This document shows, one piece after another, positions 51,319 through 60,584 of a DNA stretch of 64,000 bases. The notes beneath the pieces were generated by a model. The model saw nothing but the letters and a program-made list of their open reading frames with translations, had not been told where the DNA came from and made no database searches. How positions within the stretch are numbered: the first letter of the stretch is position 1; each line of letters starts with the position of its first letter. The DNA is from Methanomassiliicoccaceae archaeon UBA480. Lineage in GTDB: Archaea > Thermoplasmatota > Thermoplasmata > Methanomassiliicoccales > Methanomethylophilaceae. The translations under genes were made by a program, and so were the position numbers. Location: NCBI GenBank assembly GCA_002506425.1, contig DAXO01000017.1, forward strand, positions 50,817 through 114,816. The letters are read 5' to 3'.

Positions 51319-51951
51319 TCGTCTCGAAGGTTCAAACGTCAGCAGGGCCCCGTTTCCGAGGGTCTCGCACGAGATGAGCTTCATAGCGATTCCGCCATCG
51401 GCCACCCAACCGTCTCCATCGCAGGGTGTAGGGGCGGTGCGGCCGCCTATCACGAGTCCTCCTACGAACACTGAATACCTGTCAACCAGTCCTTCGGAGA
51501 AGAAGGAGGCTATCGTTTCGCCGCCGCCTTCCACCAGCAGGCTCTCGATGCCGATATCCTCGGCCAGGTAGTCGAGGACCCTTTTCAGGTCTATGCGGTC
51601 GGTGCCGGCCCTGATGGTCTCTTCGCAGTCCCATTCGCGGTCGCATCCCTCCAGCGTGACCATGACTGTGGGGGCGCGCTCGTCCAGAACCTTCGCATCA
51701 TCCGGCGTCCTTCCATGAGGATCGATGACTATGCGGATCGGATTCGTGTCATAATCGAGGTCCTTGAGCGTCAGATGGGGATCGTCTGCGATGACTGTTC
51801 CCACGCCCACCAATATGGCGTCGTATTTGCGCCTGAGTCCTTTGGCGCGGGCTTTGTCCTCCTCGGATGAAATCGTCACCTGCTTCCTGTCGACGCCGGC
51901 GATCTTGCCGTCGGCCGACATGGCGCAGTTCACGTGTACGAACGGCTTCAT
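51319..51951 (-). CDS. Riboflavin pathway pyrimidine reductase (RibD C-terminal/Rib7 type), 210 aa; ends at putative CGA stop
   Basis: AMSADGKIA, DAILVGVGTVIADDPHLT, LLVEGGG, GGRTAPT; minus-strand CGA at 51319-21. Confidence 0.9.
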
Positions 51952-52985
51952 ATCGGAACCCCCGGAGTCACCGTGAAGCGATAGAGGTCGTTGATCCTTT
52001 CCACTCCGAACTTGACATCAAGGAACGACTCGAGCGTATCCATCTGGCTCAGCAGATGTCTGCTGATGCGGGATACGTAGAACGAGCTCTCTCCCTGGGC
52101 CATTGCCATGTATGGCAGCAGCTGGTCGGCAGTATGGACGTCGACGGTGGATCCGCTGCGCATCTCGTTCAGAAGATCCTTGGCGGCATCCTTGCCGCTC
52201 CTTTCGGGAGACATCCCTCTGGCAGACAGCGCGTTGCTTCCGAGCATGCCGTTCTCGTATTCGGCGACGAGCACGATCCCGGCGCCGCGGGAGTCCCCGT
52301 CCGTGTATTGGATGTCCACATCCACATCGGCGATGGGGGCGAAGGCCTGCTTGCAGCTCTTGACCATCGCTTCGGGGATCCAGTCCGCCAGGCGCTGGCA
52401 GAAGCATACTCCGTGTATCCTCCTGAGTTCTCCCAGCGAATCCAGCTTCAGAGGTCTGATGTCGCCAATCGGATCCAGGGTCGCGATGACCCTTCCTCCT
52501 CCCTGGGGATAGAATCCGCGGTCGATTATCTTGGCGTCGGCGATGATGCCCATCCTGCTCATCATGGGGAACAGCAGAGTGGAGTACGAGTCTATGGGGG
52601 GAGCCCACATGACGTTGGTTCCGCCGCAGATGTCTACTCTGAGCCGACGGGTATGCCTCCTGGCTGCGAGAAGCATGGCCTGCAGGACCAGGCTGATACT
52701 TCCTGCGGAGCTTATGTTGACGTCTATATCGCAGACCTGATCCTTTCCGGGGTAGAACAGCAGGTCACCCGATCCGACGGTGCATCCCTCGATGGTGGAT
52801 CCCGCCATCTGTGCCACGGCCTTGACTGCAGCCACATGCTGCTTGGACAGTCCGTTGGTGGGTCTGTTCTCCCTGATGCGGGTGAGATGGACGGGGATTC
52901 CTGTGACGGTGGACATGGCCACGGAGGTACGGACCATCTGCCCTCCGCCCTCTCCGCGAGAGCCGTCTATCTCGATCATTTCCAT
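51948..52985 (-). CDS. rtcA: RNA 3'-terminal phosphate cyclase
   Basis: IDGSRGEGGGQMVR, RENRP, GFYPQGGG, VDVHTADQL. Confidence 0.93.
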   Translation of the reverse strand: MEMIEIDGSRGEGGGQMVRTSVAMSTVTGIPVHLTRIRENRPTNGLSKQHVAAVKAVAQMAGSTIEGCTVGSGDLLFYPGKDQVCDIDVNISSAGSISLVLQAMLLAARRHTRRLRVDICGGTNVMWAPPIDSYSTLLFPMMSRMGIIADAKIIDRGFYPQGGGRVIATLDPIGDIRPLKLDSLGELRRIHGVCFCQRLADWIPEAMVKSCKQAFAPIADVDVDIQYTDGDSRGAGIVLVAEYENGMLGSNALSARGMSPERSGKDAAKDLLNEMRSGSTVDVHTADQLLPYMAMAQGESSFYVSRISRHLLSQMDTLESFLDVKFGVERINDLYRFTVTPGVPI

Positions 52986-53057
52986 GAATGGGCCCCATGA
53001 GGACTACGTTAATTAGAATTTCTGAAGTCCTCTCGACGATGGCCAAAGGTACGGTAA

Positions 53058-53132
53058 TGGTGCGATTGCCGGGAATCGAACCCGGGTCAGAGGCTTGGGA
53101 AGCCCCCGTCCTAACCGCTAGACTACAATCGC
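53058..53132 (-). tRNA. tRNA-Gly(CCC)
   Basis: Minus strand GCGATTGTAGTCTAGCGG...TT-CCC-AA...GGTTCGATTCC...CAATCGCACCA cloverleaf with encoded CCA. Confidence 0.93.
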
Positions 53133-53265
53133 TCAGGCGCCCCATCATCTTCATTCTATATAATCTGGAGCGTTAGGGAGATTGCAGGCAAGCAGGAGCT
53201 TCAAACACTTGAGATCCGGTCTCTATATTCATTATTATATACGGGCTCCTTGTTTGAGGGATAGC

Positions 53266-53341
53266 GGGCTCGTGGTCTAGTGGTTATGACGTCGCCCTTA
53301 CAAGGCGAAGGTCGCCGGTTCAATCCCGGCCGGGCCCACCA
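53266..53341 (+). tRNA. tRNA-Val(TAC)
   Basis: GGGCTCG...TCGCC-CTTACAA-GGCGA...CGGGCCCACCA; TATA-like TTATATA upstream. Confidence 0.95.
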
Positions 53342-53418
53342 ATCATACCCATACGGTGAAGAATCGTATGAAGTTCTCATGAATCATTATATACAGCGAT
53401 GGTTTGACCCGTGATATC

Positions 53419-53494
53419 GGACTCGTGGTCTAGTGGTTATGACGTCGCCTTCACACGGCGGAGGTCGCCGGTTCGAATCCGGCCGGGTCCACCA
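53419..53494 (+). tRNA. tRNA-Val(CAC)
   Basis: GGACTCG...TCGCC-TTCACAC-GGCGG...GGTTCGAATCC...CGGGTCCACCA. Confidence 0.95.
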
Positions 53495-53585
53495 TGCATT
53501 CTTCGTGTGATCTCCGCAATTGCGGATTCACCGTCAACGCTGTCCTGTCACAATCAATTAATCCCTGCTGGCCGTTCATGGTTCG

Positions 53586-54986
53586 ATGGCAGATATTCAA
53601 GACGCGGTCCTTCCGGAGACTCAGACCACCGAGGAGGGCAGGATGTTCGAGAAGGAGTTCGATACGATCCTCGGAGGAGAGAAGAAGGACTATCCCTGCT
53701 ACATAGGCGGGTTCAAGATAGGCTCCGGAAATCTCTTCTATCTCGAAAGTCCAATCGACGAGTCAATCCGCTACGGCTCGTTCCAGGAGCCTGAGGAAGG
53801 GACGATGAAGGCCGCGGTCGATGCCGCAGAGAGGGCTGCCGGCCCATGGTCCCGCATGCCTGTCACCGAGCGCGCGGAGCTATTCAGGCCGTATCTGAAC
53901 GGTCTCAAGGCGCGCAGGATGCATTATGCGGCGTTGGTCTCCGTATCGTCGGGAATGGTTCGCGAGGATGCCCTCGTCGAGGTCGATTCGCTTATCGAGG
54001 CCGTAGAGTCCGTGATGAGTCAGGCTTCGTCTTTCAAAGGCCGCACCGGAGGAGTATGGGCGATCATCTCCGAGCACAGCTCCCCGTTGGCATCGCCTGT
54101 AGCCTATGCGATAGGCGCTATGATCGCAGGGAACGCCGTCGTGATGAATCCGTCAAACAGGTGCCCTCTGCCGGTGTTCGATTTCTATTCCGTCACCGAG
54201 AGAAGCGGGCTTCCGGGAGGCGTGCTGAATCTCGTAGTGGATAGGAATGAGGACGAGTCGACGCAGGAGCTGGCCAATGACATGAGGCTCCGCGGCGTGG
54301 TCGCATCCGGATCCGGAGACAGGATGGAGGATATGATGTTCCTCCAGGTCGACGACGAGCTCAGGTTCATAAACAATCTGAAGGGGATGAGCCCCATGCT
54401 GGTCTACAGGCCGGGCGATGTTAAGGCTGCTGCCAGGAACATAATAGCCTCGGCATTCGCCTTCAGCGGCCAGCGGATACACTCGAGCTCCAAGGTCATC
54501 GTCACCATGGATGAGCAGCAGAGGCTGGTGGACGCACTCGCCGAGATCATGAAGGATCTTGTCGTCGGAGATCCAATCTACGATAGGACGTTCACGGGCC
54601 CTGTGATCAGCAAGGAGGAGGCGGAGAGGTTCAGGGAGCTCGTCTACGCCAATGCTCCGTTCGTGATATCCAAGGCTCCGAGATGTCTCGATTCTGATCA
54701 GTCCAACTACGTGTCTCCCGTGATAATATCCGGTCTGGATGACGAGAATGAGCTCGGATACATGGATTCGGGACTGCCTATTCTGGATATCAAGGTCGTA
54801 TCATCCATGGATGAGGCGTTCGAGGAGCTCTCGAACACGGAGTGCGGTATGTCTGCAGGCATATTCTCCAAGGATGCGAAGGTCATCTCCAGATTCAAGG
54901 AGGAGGCGGAGGCCCCTATGCTGTTCGTGAACGAGAGCAGCAGGAGACTGAGTCCTGTGGTGGGGCTCGATCTCAAGGCATTTTGA
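53586..54986 (+). CDS. Aldehyde dehydrogenase-fold protein, catalytic residues apparently lost
   Basis: AGNAVVMNPS, LPGGVLNLV, SAFAFSGQR, GMSAGIFS; Cys after GQR absent. Confidence 0.8.
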   Translation: MADIQDAVLPETQTTEEGRMFEKEFDTILGGEKKDYPCYIGGFKIGSGNLFYLESPIDESIRYGSFQEPEEGTMKAAVDAAERAAGPWSRMPVTERAELFRPYLNGLKARRMHYAALVSVSSGMVREDALVEVDSLIEAVESVMSQASSFKGRTGGVWAIISEHSSPLASPVAYAIGAMIAGNAVVMNPSNRCPLPVFDFYSVTERSGLPGGVLNLVVDRNEDESTQELANDMRLRGVVASGSGDRMEDMMFLQVDDELRFINNLKGMSPMLVYRPGDVKAAARNIIASAFAFSGQRIHSSSKVIVTMDEQQRLVDALAEIMKDLVVGDPIYDRTFTGPVISKEEAERFRELVYANAPFVISKAPRCLDSDQSNYVSPVIISGLDDENELGYMDSGLPILDIKVVSSMDEAFEELSNTECGMSAGIFSKDAKVISRFKEEAEAPMLFVNESSRRLSPVVGLDLKAF

Positions 54987-55572
54987 CATCGCTCATGACG
55001 CGGACGTTCCTCGCGACGCCTTTGAGACGCTTCGCGAGGGCGTTCAACTCCTTTTTTTTGAATGCGGGAGCGGGCTCGCGGGGTACCAGGAGGATGAATT
55101 CATCGTGTCCCTGCGTACGTTCGGCTATCTGCTCCACCTCATCGCCGGTCAGTTTCTTTGGATTCAGGACAGGGCATACGCAGAACGGGATCTCCATCGA
55201 GCGCATGGCATCGAGGCTCCTCATCTGTTCGGCACCGGGTATTCCTTCGAATCTGAATGCGACACGGTCGATGTATCCGGCTCCGACGAGATCGTCGAGA
55301 CATGCTGTTTCGAATCCCGATGTAACCATGATGGTTGGGATGCTCGGGGTTCTGAGATCCTTCAGGAAATGATGTATGCCCTCTATGCACTCCGGATCGC
55401 CATCCTCCCTTATCAGGAGCACGGCGTCGATGGAGTCTTTGTCTCCGCGTATCGTGTTGGCGATCTCCGCGATGTTCTCGCCGATCCCCTCTTTTCCGGA
55501 AATGCGCACTACTGACAGGTATCTGCCAGGCCATGAAGTCGTATCAATGCGTGAAAAACCGGTTATGTACAC
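54973..55572 (-). CDS. Hypothetical protein, possibly a degenerate NrdG/PFL-activase-like protein
   Basis: N-terminus ITGFSRIDTTSWPG resembles that of activase-type radical SAM proteins; no CxxxCxxC. Confidence 0.55.
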   Translation of the reverse strand: MYITGFSRIDTTSWPGRYLSVVRISGKEGIGENIAEIANTIRGDKDSIDAVLLIREDGDPECIEGIHHFLKDLRTPSIPTIMVTSGFETACLDDLVGAGYIDRVAFRFEGIPGAEQMRSLDAMRSMEIPFCVCPVLNPKKLTGDEVEQIAERTQGHDEFILLVPREPAPAFKKKELNALAKRLKGVARNVRVMSDVKMP

Positions 55573-55616
55573 TGAGTTGGAGGATACATTTTACAGTTAA
55601 TAGGATTGCGCATCCA

Positions 55617-56342
55617 TCGGTGCTGCCTGCCGGTCGCGGCCTCCATGCACTCGTTACGGATGGATTCGTACGCCTTTCTGCTTTCGAAAGAGATTCCGTC
55701 GATAGATGACACCGGCATGATCCCCATGACCGAGTTGGTGATGAAGCACCCGTCGAATGTCATCAGGTCTTCGGGCATGATGCATCTCTCGGTCACATCG
55801 TAGCGATCGCATAGGAATCCGCGGACGATACCAGGAAGCATGCCGCATGAGACGGGCGGCGTGACTATCGAACCCTCCGATGAGAAGAATATGTTCGACG
55901 ATGAGCACTCGCAGATCTCTCCGCGGGTGTTGAGGAACAGCGTCTCGTCATAGCCGTCGCGGCGTGCTCTGCGTCTCTCCATGATGTTCTCGCCGTGCAT
56001 GAGCGTCTTCATGAACGTGAACGGCGAGGTCTCGTTCCTGCGAATGCAGGATGTCCTCAGACGGAATCCGCGCGCATAGTCCGCGGCGGTGTATGGCACG
56101 GGTCTGTCGTTTACTACGACGTTCTTCTCGGAGACCTCGATCTTGAGGATTCTTCCGTCCAGGTGTCCGTCCATGGTGATGCCGTCTAAGTACGATGCAT
56201 CGACCCTCTTGTCGATGGTGAGATCTTCCAGTGCCGAATTCAACCTCTCCAGATGCTCCATGAGCATCAGACACCTTCCATCCGCCACCCTCATCGTTTC
56301 GAATGCGCCGATTCCGAAAGAGAATCCCTCATCATGCTCCAT
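55617..56342 (-). CDS. pabC: Class IV aminotransferase / aminodeoxychorismate lyase; ends at putative CGA stop
   Basis: GIGAFETM, EHLERL, ECSSSNIF, LPGIVR, FITNSVMGIMPV; follows pabB. Confidence 0.85.
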
Positions 56343-57606
56343 GTGTTTCACCCAATGAAGACAGCATCGCCCTAGATTTGTCGACGGTCTCATCATATTC
56401 CTTGGCGGGGTCCGATTCGAACGTTATGCCGCCGCCGACGCCCATGCTGTACTCGCCTTCCGTATGAATCATCGTCCTTATGGCTATGTTGATCTCCGCC
56501 ATGTCGTCGGTGAATATGCCGATGGATCCGGTGTACAGGCCTCTGCGGCATTTCTCCAGCGAGTCGATGGCTTCCATACATGACTCCTTGGGCGCGCCGG
56601 TTATGGATCCTCCTGGGAACATGCATTCCAGCATCCTGCCGTAGCCCACACCCTCACTCGCGCGTCCGACGATATCGGAGACGGTGTGGCATACGGTCGC
56701 GTAGATTTCGGGCTCGAAGAAGGATTCGACTTTCACGCTTCCTGGCTCGCAGAACCTATTCATGTCGTTCCTTTCCATGTCGGTCACCATGAGGAGTTCG
56801 CTGCGGTCCTTCTCCGACGAGAGCAGGCCTTCCAGCAGCAAACGGTCCCTTTCCGCGGTTCCGGTACGGGGACAGGTGCCCTTGATGGGACGGGTGTGCA
56901 CATCTCTGCCACGGGCTTCGAGCAGAAGCTCCATCGACGACGACAGGATCTGCAATCTGCCGCAGTCGAGGTATGCGCCGAACGGGGACGGGCTCAGAGA
57001 TCTCAGTCTCAGGAAAGCATCGAACGGATCCATCTCCGAAGAGACCCTGACGGTTCTGGTGAGGTTGATGACGTAGAACTCTCCGTCCCTCATCATCTCT
57101 CTAGCCTTCTGCACAGCCTTTTCAAAATCCTCCCGAGAGGTGTCATCTACTGCGGTCCATGCCTCTCCGTCTGGCATGTCGGGTTCCCTCGCGGCAGAGA
57201 CGGCCGTTTCTACCATGGCGAGCTCTTCCGTATCGGGCAGGGCCCTCCCGATGCATAGGACGGTCAGTTCTCTCGATTCAGGGTCGTCGGTCACGAGGAT
57301 ATCATAATCTGTCAGAAGGAAGGACGGGATGTCCGAAGGCGGATGGCGGGAGCACATTCCATGCATCTCGAGGCCGTGGTCATACGAGACGTACCCTGCC
57401 ATGACCCCTCCTTCGGGCCTTGAATCGATGACCGACGCCGCATCCCCCTCGTCCGGACCGTAGGTGCGGTACGGAACCATGCATATGTACGAGCGTCTGC
57501 CGAGCGCCCCCTGCATCGATGAATCGAGGAATGCCGTTCCGCTCTTCTCCAGGCGGGCATACAGGGACAAGGCCGGGACGTACCTCTCGAGGACCTTCTC
57601 GATCAT
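56332..57606 (-). CDS. pabB: Aminodeoxychorismate synthase component I
   Basis: SSSMELL, TRPIKGT, SEKDRSELLMVTDMERND, FPGGSITGAPK, NIAIRT, GGGIT. Confidence 0.9.
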   Translation of the reverse strand: MIEKVLERYVPALSLYARLEKSGTAFLDSSMQGALGRRSYICMVPYRTYGPDEGDAASVIDSRPEGGVMAGYVSYDHGLEMHGMCSRHPPSDIPSFLLTDYDILVTDDPESRELTVLCIGRALPDTEELAMVETAVSAAREPDMPDGEAWTAVDDTSREDFEKAVQKAREMMRDGEFYVINLTRTVRVSSEMDPFDAFLRLRSLSPSPFGAYLDCGRLQILSSSMELLLEARGRDVHTRPIKGTCPRTGTAERDRLLLEGLLSSEKDRSELLMVTDMERNDMNRFCEPGSVKVESFFEPEIYATVCHTVSDIVGRASEGVGYGRMLECMFPGGSITGAPKESCMEAIDSLEKCRRGLYTGSIGIFTDDMAEINIAIRTMIHTEGEYSMGVGGGITFESDPAKEYDETVDKSRAMLSSLGETHGA

Positions 57607-58174
57607 GAACCTTCCTCAGGAAGTTCGCGACGATATCCGCTCCATGCTCCGTCATGAAGGATTCCGGATGGAATTGCGTTCCGAATGCGGGAACATCGAT
57701 GCGGGATACAGCCATGATGTCGCCAGTTCCATCCACCGCATCCACACGGATGCAGTCGGGAACAGAGTCGCGGTCCACGACCAGGGAGTTGTATCTGACG
57801 GCCGGGAATCCCTGCGGGATGCCCTCCATCAGTCCTTCGCCGTCATGCTCTATCCGGACTATCTTTCCGTGCATTGGGCCTTCTCCACGGATGATGCGGG
57901 CTCCGGATACGGCGCACAGGGTCTGATGGCCCAGACAGACGCCGAGGACAGGAATCCTACCGAGGCAGGCCGATACGGCCTTCCATGATCCTCTCCCGGG
58001 TTCCGGCTTTCCCGGCCCGGGTGACACCACCAGGGCGTCCGGTTCCAAAGAGAGGGGATCGGACGCTTCCGGCGAGTTTTCAGGCACCACTAGAACCTCC
58101 GAGCCGAGATCCTCGAGAAGGGACGACAGGTTGTAGACGTAGGAGTCCCTGCAGTCCACCACGATGGAAATCAT
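57599..58174 (-). CDS. pabA: Glutamine amidotransferase component II, 191 aa; ends at putative CGA stop
   Basis: DSYVYNL, SPGPG, LGVCLGHQ, MHGK, RYNSL, QFHPES; CGA gives an 8-nt overlap with the pabB ATG. Confidence 0.9.
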
Positions 58175-58178
58175 CCTA

Positions 58179-58859
58179 TCATCCGATCCGCGTCGGCAGG
58201 TTGCGGATCACGGCATCGAGTATCGAGCACGCCTCGATATCCAGGTCGTCGAGGATCATCAGGGATCCTCCGCTGAACAAGGATACGGTGGACACCGCCA
58301 GGGCGTATTCTCCGGACCATCCTCTGGTGCAAATCGGGGCCTCCGAGATCTCTCCTGTCTCGATGGAGCGCATTATGCGCGTGTTGGATTCGAGGCACCC
58401 TTTCATGCTCATCGCATTAGGATCGAGCAGGATGTCGCTGCATCCGAGGCTGGCGGCCTTCGCCGACAGCTCCCTCAGCTCTCCCACGTCGCATGATGAG
58501 ATGGTGACAGGGCATCCTGTTTTGGCCGCAAGTTCGACAAGCGCGTTCTGATCACCATCAGGAGACGATAGCAGCGGTCTCCTTCCGCCAAGGCATCCGA
58601 CTGCCTCTTCCAGGTTCGAGAGGACAGGCGATTCCAGGACGAGTCCGAGTCCCAGCCGGGCAGCGGCGGATACGGCATCCATCATCATCCTAGAATCCAT
58701 CGCATCGTCCCTCACGCGGACGAAAAGCATGCGCCCCGAGGTCTCCGAAAGCAGTTGGAGTATCTCCGCTCTCTCCTCCATCTGATCGGGGAGCGATGCG
58801 TCCGAGATCGACAGGGCGTAGGCAGGTCCCTTCAGAACAATTCCGTCTATCTCCGTCAT
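58179..58859 (-). CDS. Divergent CdhE/AcsC-like pterin-binding TIM-barrel fragment
   Basis: RPLLS, LVELAAKTGCPV, DILLDP resemble the CFeSP large-subunit barrel; downstream of cdhD-like gene. Confidence 0.55.
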   Translation of the reverse strand: MTEIDGIVLKGPAYALSISDASLPDQMEERAEILQLLSETSGRMLFVRVRDDAMDSRMMMDAVSAAARLGLGLVLESPVLSNLEEAVGCLGGRRPLLSSPDGDQNALVELAAKTGCPVTISSCDVGELRELSAKAASLGCSDILLDPNAMSMKGCLESNTRIMRSIETGEISEAPICTRGWSGEYALAVSTVSLFSGGSLMILDDLDIEACSILDAVIRNLPTRIG

Positions 58860-58863
58860 GCGA

Positions 58864-59631
58864 TCACAGATCCGCGAGTTCCTCGCCGTATACGCGCGCC
58901 ATGTCGGCGGCTCCCGGCCCTCTGACAATCAAGGCATCGGCACCGGAAAGCATCGCGGTCAACGCGGCCTCGCCCTCTGCCATCGAAGCGCTTCTAGCAT
59001 TCTCGAAGCACACATCCCACACAGGAGTGGCATCGTAGATGACGGGGGAATCGCACCTCTCGTCGCCTTCCAATGCCGCGGTGCGCAATGCCCTCATGAG
59101 GTTCAGCGGCTCCCCGTCGGGGAACGCTCCCGTCACAAGCAGCATTCTGCGATCTCTTTCGGGAGCGTCGCGGGCCTCCTCGATTGAGGACACGGGTGTG
59201 GCCATCGCATGGATCCCGGCGGATGCTGGGGAGCCCAGGAGGACCAGCACCGTGTCGTCGATCTCCGCCATGGATGCCAGTGTGCATCCGTCTGCGCTCA
59301 CCGCGATTGGAAGGCGGGTGCGATCCGATATGTCGCGCACAAGGGCAACCGCGTTGTCCGGATTCGTGTCGCAGAATCTGATGCAGATGCCGTCGGCGCC
59401 GATCTCCTTCCACATGACCGCCCAATCGCTCGGATTCGAGGCTCTTCCCGAGAACATGGATGCGACCAGCGGGTCGCAGTCCGTCGGATCCGCCATGACC
59501 TCGCCGAAGACCATCGGCCTGCGCCTCCTGGCCCCGTCCTGGTCCAGAAACGGGAGGGTGCACGCCCCTCCCGCCGCATAGTCGCCTCTTCCGAGGACGA
59601 CCTCCTTCAGCTGCCTGCGGGGTCCGGTCAT
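58864..59631 (-). CDS. Divergent CdhD/AcsD-like TIM-barrel protein
   Basis: EVVLG...GGACTLPFL, WAVMWKEIGADGICIRF, RALRTAALEGD, AMLSGADALIVRGP resemble the CFeSP small subunit. Confidence 0.65.
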   Translation of the reverse strand: MTGPRRQLKEVVLGRGDYAAGGACTLPFLDQDGARRRRPMVFGEVMADPTDCDPLVASMFSGRASNPSDWAVMWKEIGADGICIRFCDTNPDNAVALVRDISDRTRLPIAVSADGCTLASMAEIDDTVLVLLGSPASAGIHAMATPVSSIEEARDAPERDRRMLLVTGAFPDGEPLNLMRALRTAALEGDERCDSPVIYDATPVWDVCFENARSASMAEGEAALTAMLSGADALIVRGPGAADMARVYGEELADL

Positions 59632-60536
59632 ATGAACTCTGTGAATTCCTTCACTGTGTAGATCCCGTTCAGGCCCTCCACGCTGTGGGGGAGCCTGTCG
59701 CGGATCTCGTCGAACGACAGGTCGCTCTTGCCGATGTCCATGACGAGTTCCAGATACATGGTCTCGTAGCAGACCTTGATCTTGCTGAATACCGAGATGA
59801 GATTGACATTCCATCCGGCTATGACGTCGAGGACCTGCTCGATGCCTCCGGGGCAATCGGGCATCTCCATTCCTGCTTTAACCAGGCGGGTGCCTTTCTT
59901 GAAGAATGTGATCGAGAGGATCCACGCGTCCGCGTCCATGGTGATCAGGACGTTCTGGCCGTCGATTCCGCTCAGGATGTCTCCGTACTGGTCGGCAACA
60001 TCGAATCCGCCGTCGACGATCTGCGTAGGATATCCTCTGCGGATCTCCTCTTTGCCGCCGGGGGCGCGGGTTCCTTTGAAGAGCCTACCGATCTCGGCGG
60101 GTTTGATGTCTATCCTCCTGATCTTCGAGACGGATTCGTCGCCTCTGCTCTTGAGGGCTTCGAACTCCTCCCTGAGGATGTCCCCTTCTCCGGCGAAGTT
60201 CAGGTCCGCCATCAGCTTCCATACGATGACGGTATCGGATATGCCGTTCAACGAGATGGAATTCAGGATGTTGATCTCGCGCTCGGCCAGGAATCTCGCG
60301 GCCTGGGCGCTGGATCCGGGAACGTCGTCCAGATACATCGTGATGTGGGTGAGCGTCCTGTAGTTCTCCTGAGGGAACATCGACAGTATGATCTCATAGT
60401 CCTTCGGACCCTCGGCCGGGTGCTTGAACAGGGTGCTGTAGACGACTCCGCCGTCGACCAGACCCATGGTGTCGGACATCCAGTTGTCCACCTTGATGGA
60501 CGAGCCCTTGACCTTAGCGAACTCCCAGATCTTCAT
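59628..60536 (-). CDS. ACT-domain-containing protein
   Basis: Two ACT-like motifs (DDVPGSSAQAARFLAEREINIL; PDCPGGIEQVLDVIAGWNVNLI). Confidence 0.75.
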   Translation of the reverse strand: MKIWEFAKVKGSSIKVDNWMSDTMGLVDGGVVYSTLFKHPAEGPKDYEIILSMFPQENYRTLTHITMYLDDVPGSSAQAARFLAEREINILNSISLNGISDTVIVWKLMADLNFAGEGDILREEFEALKSRGDESVSKIRRIDIKPAEIGRLFKGTRAPGGKEEIRRGYPTQIVDGGFDVADQYGDILSGIDGQNVLITMDADAWILSITFFKKGTRLVKAGMEMPDCPGGIEQVLDVIAGWNVNLISVFSKIKVCYETMYLELVMDIGKSDLSFDEIRDRLPHSVEGLNGIYTVKEFTEFI

Positions 60537-60584
60537 TGCTGGGCATCATGCCTCGGCGGATAGAAAAATGTTGCATCGTGGACA

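Noticed and set aside
13325..51321. GATC/CGATCG methylation-motif basecalling error as the sole explanation
   Set aside because: Only some of the CGA ends touch a GATC; others read CGATG, CGATT, CGAGG, CGAAG or CGACG without one. A general T>C artefact still needs read-level exclusion.
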